This document shows, piece by piece, positions 63,796 to 64,000 of a stretch of DNA of 64,000 nucleotides (its first letter is position 1; each line of letters starts with the position of its first letter). Position numbers and translations under genes: made by a program. The notes below the pieces were generated by a model. It saw only the letters and a program-made list of their open reading frames with translations. It did no database searches and was not told where the DNA came from. This stretch comes from Lama guanicoe (taxonomy: Eukaryota), in NCBI GenBank assembly GCA_013239625.1, contig MU054132.1, positions 1,180,001 to 1,244,000 on the forward strand. Reading direction: 5' to 3'.

Positions 63796-64000
63796 GTACA
63801 GTTCACGAGTGCACCGAAAAGCACTTGCACAAATGTTCAGAGCCATGTTATTCATTTTAGCCCCAAGCAGAGAACAACCCAAATGCCTATCAATAATAGA
63901 ATGGTAACTAGGGGTTCTGTCATACAGTAATGAAAAGTAAAGAATTCCCCATGCAGTAGATGGATCTTACAATCGATGTTGAGCATAAGGCAGACACAAA

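Noticed and set aside
58100..64000. Cathelicidin (CAMP) exons expected upstream of CDC25A by synteny
   Set aside because: No signal-peptide or cathelin-domain exon recognised; probably outside the window
1..64000. CRISPR arrays, operons or other prokaryotic systems
   Set aside because: The sequence is intron-containing mammalian DNA; the direct repeats seen are TSDs or microsatellites

Overview
Mammalian genomic DNA, probably camelid judging by the tRNA-derived SINE family. The window holds the complete 15-exon CDC25A gene on the minus strand (ATG at 57083, stop at 38778). The spliced CDS is 1575 nt (524 aa), every intron is GT-AG, and the catalytic HCEFSSER motif is intact. CDC25A has an E2F/CCAAT/ZNF143-type CpG-island promoter (~57.1-58.1 kb) and a ~1.8 kb 3'UTR rich in miRNA seed matches. 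A second CpG island at ~3.9-5.0 kb is most likely the promoter and non-coding first exon of MAP4 (minus strand), identified by synteny. The rest is intergenic or intronic DNA dominated by retroposons (L1, L2, MIR, tRNA-SINEs, MLT1/MER21/ERV1 LTRs) and DNA-transposon relics. I found no evidence for a new protein-coding system. The best second-look items are poly(A)-tailed LTR-derived retrocopies, serial insertions at one site, a GC-shifted L1 patch, a convergent CTCF motif pair, and candidate unannotated CDC25A splice events. Repeat family names and comparisons with human come from recalled consensus or reference sequences, not from database searches.
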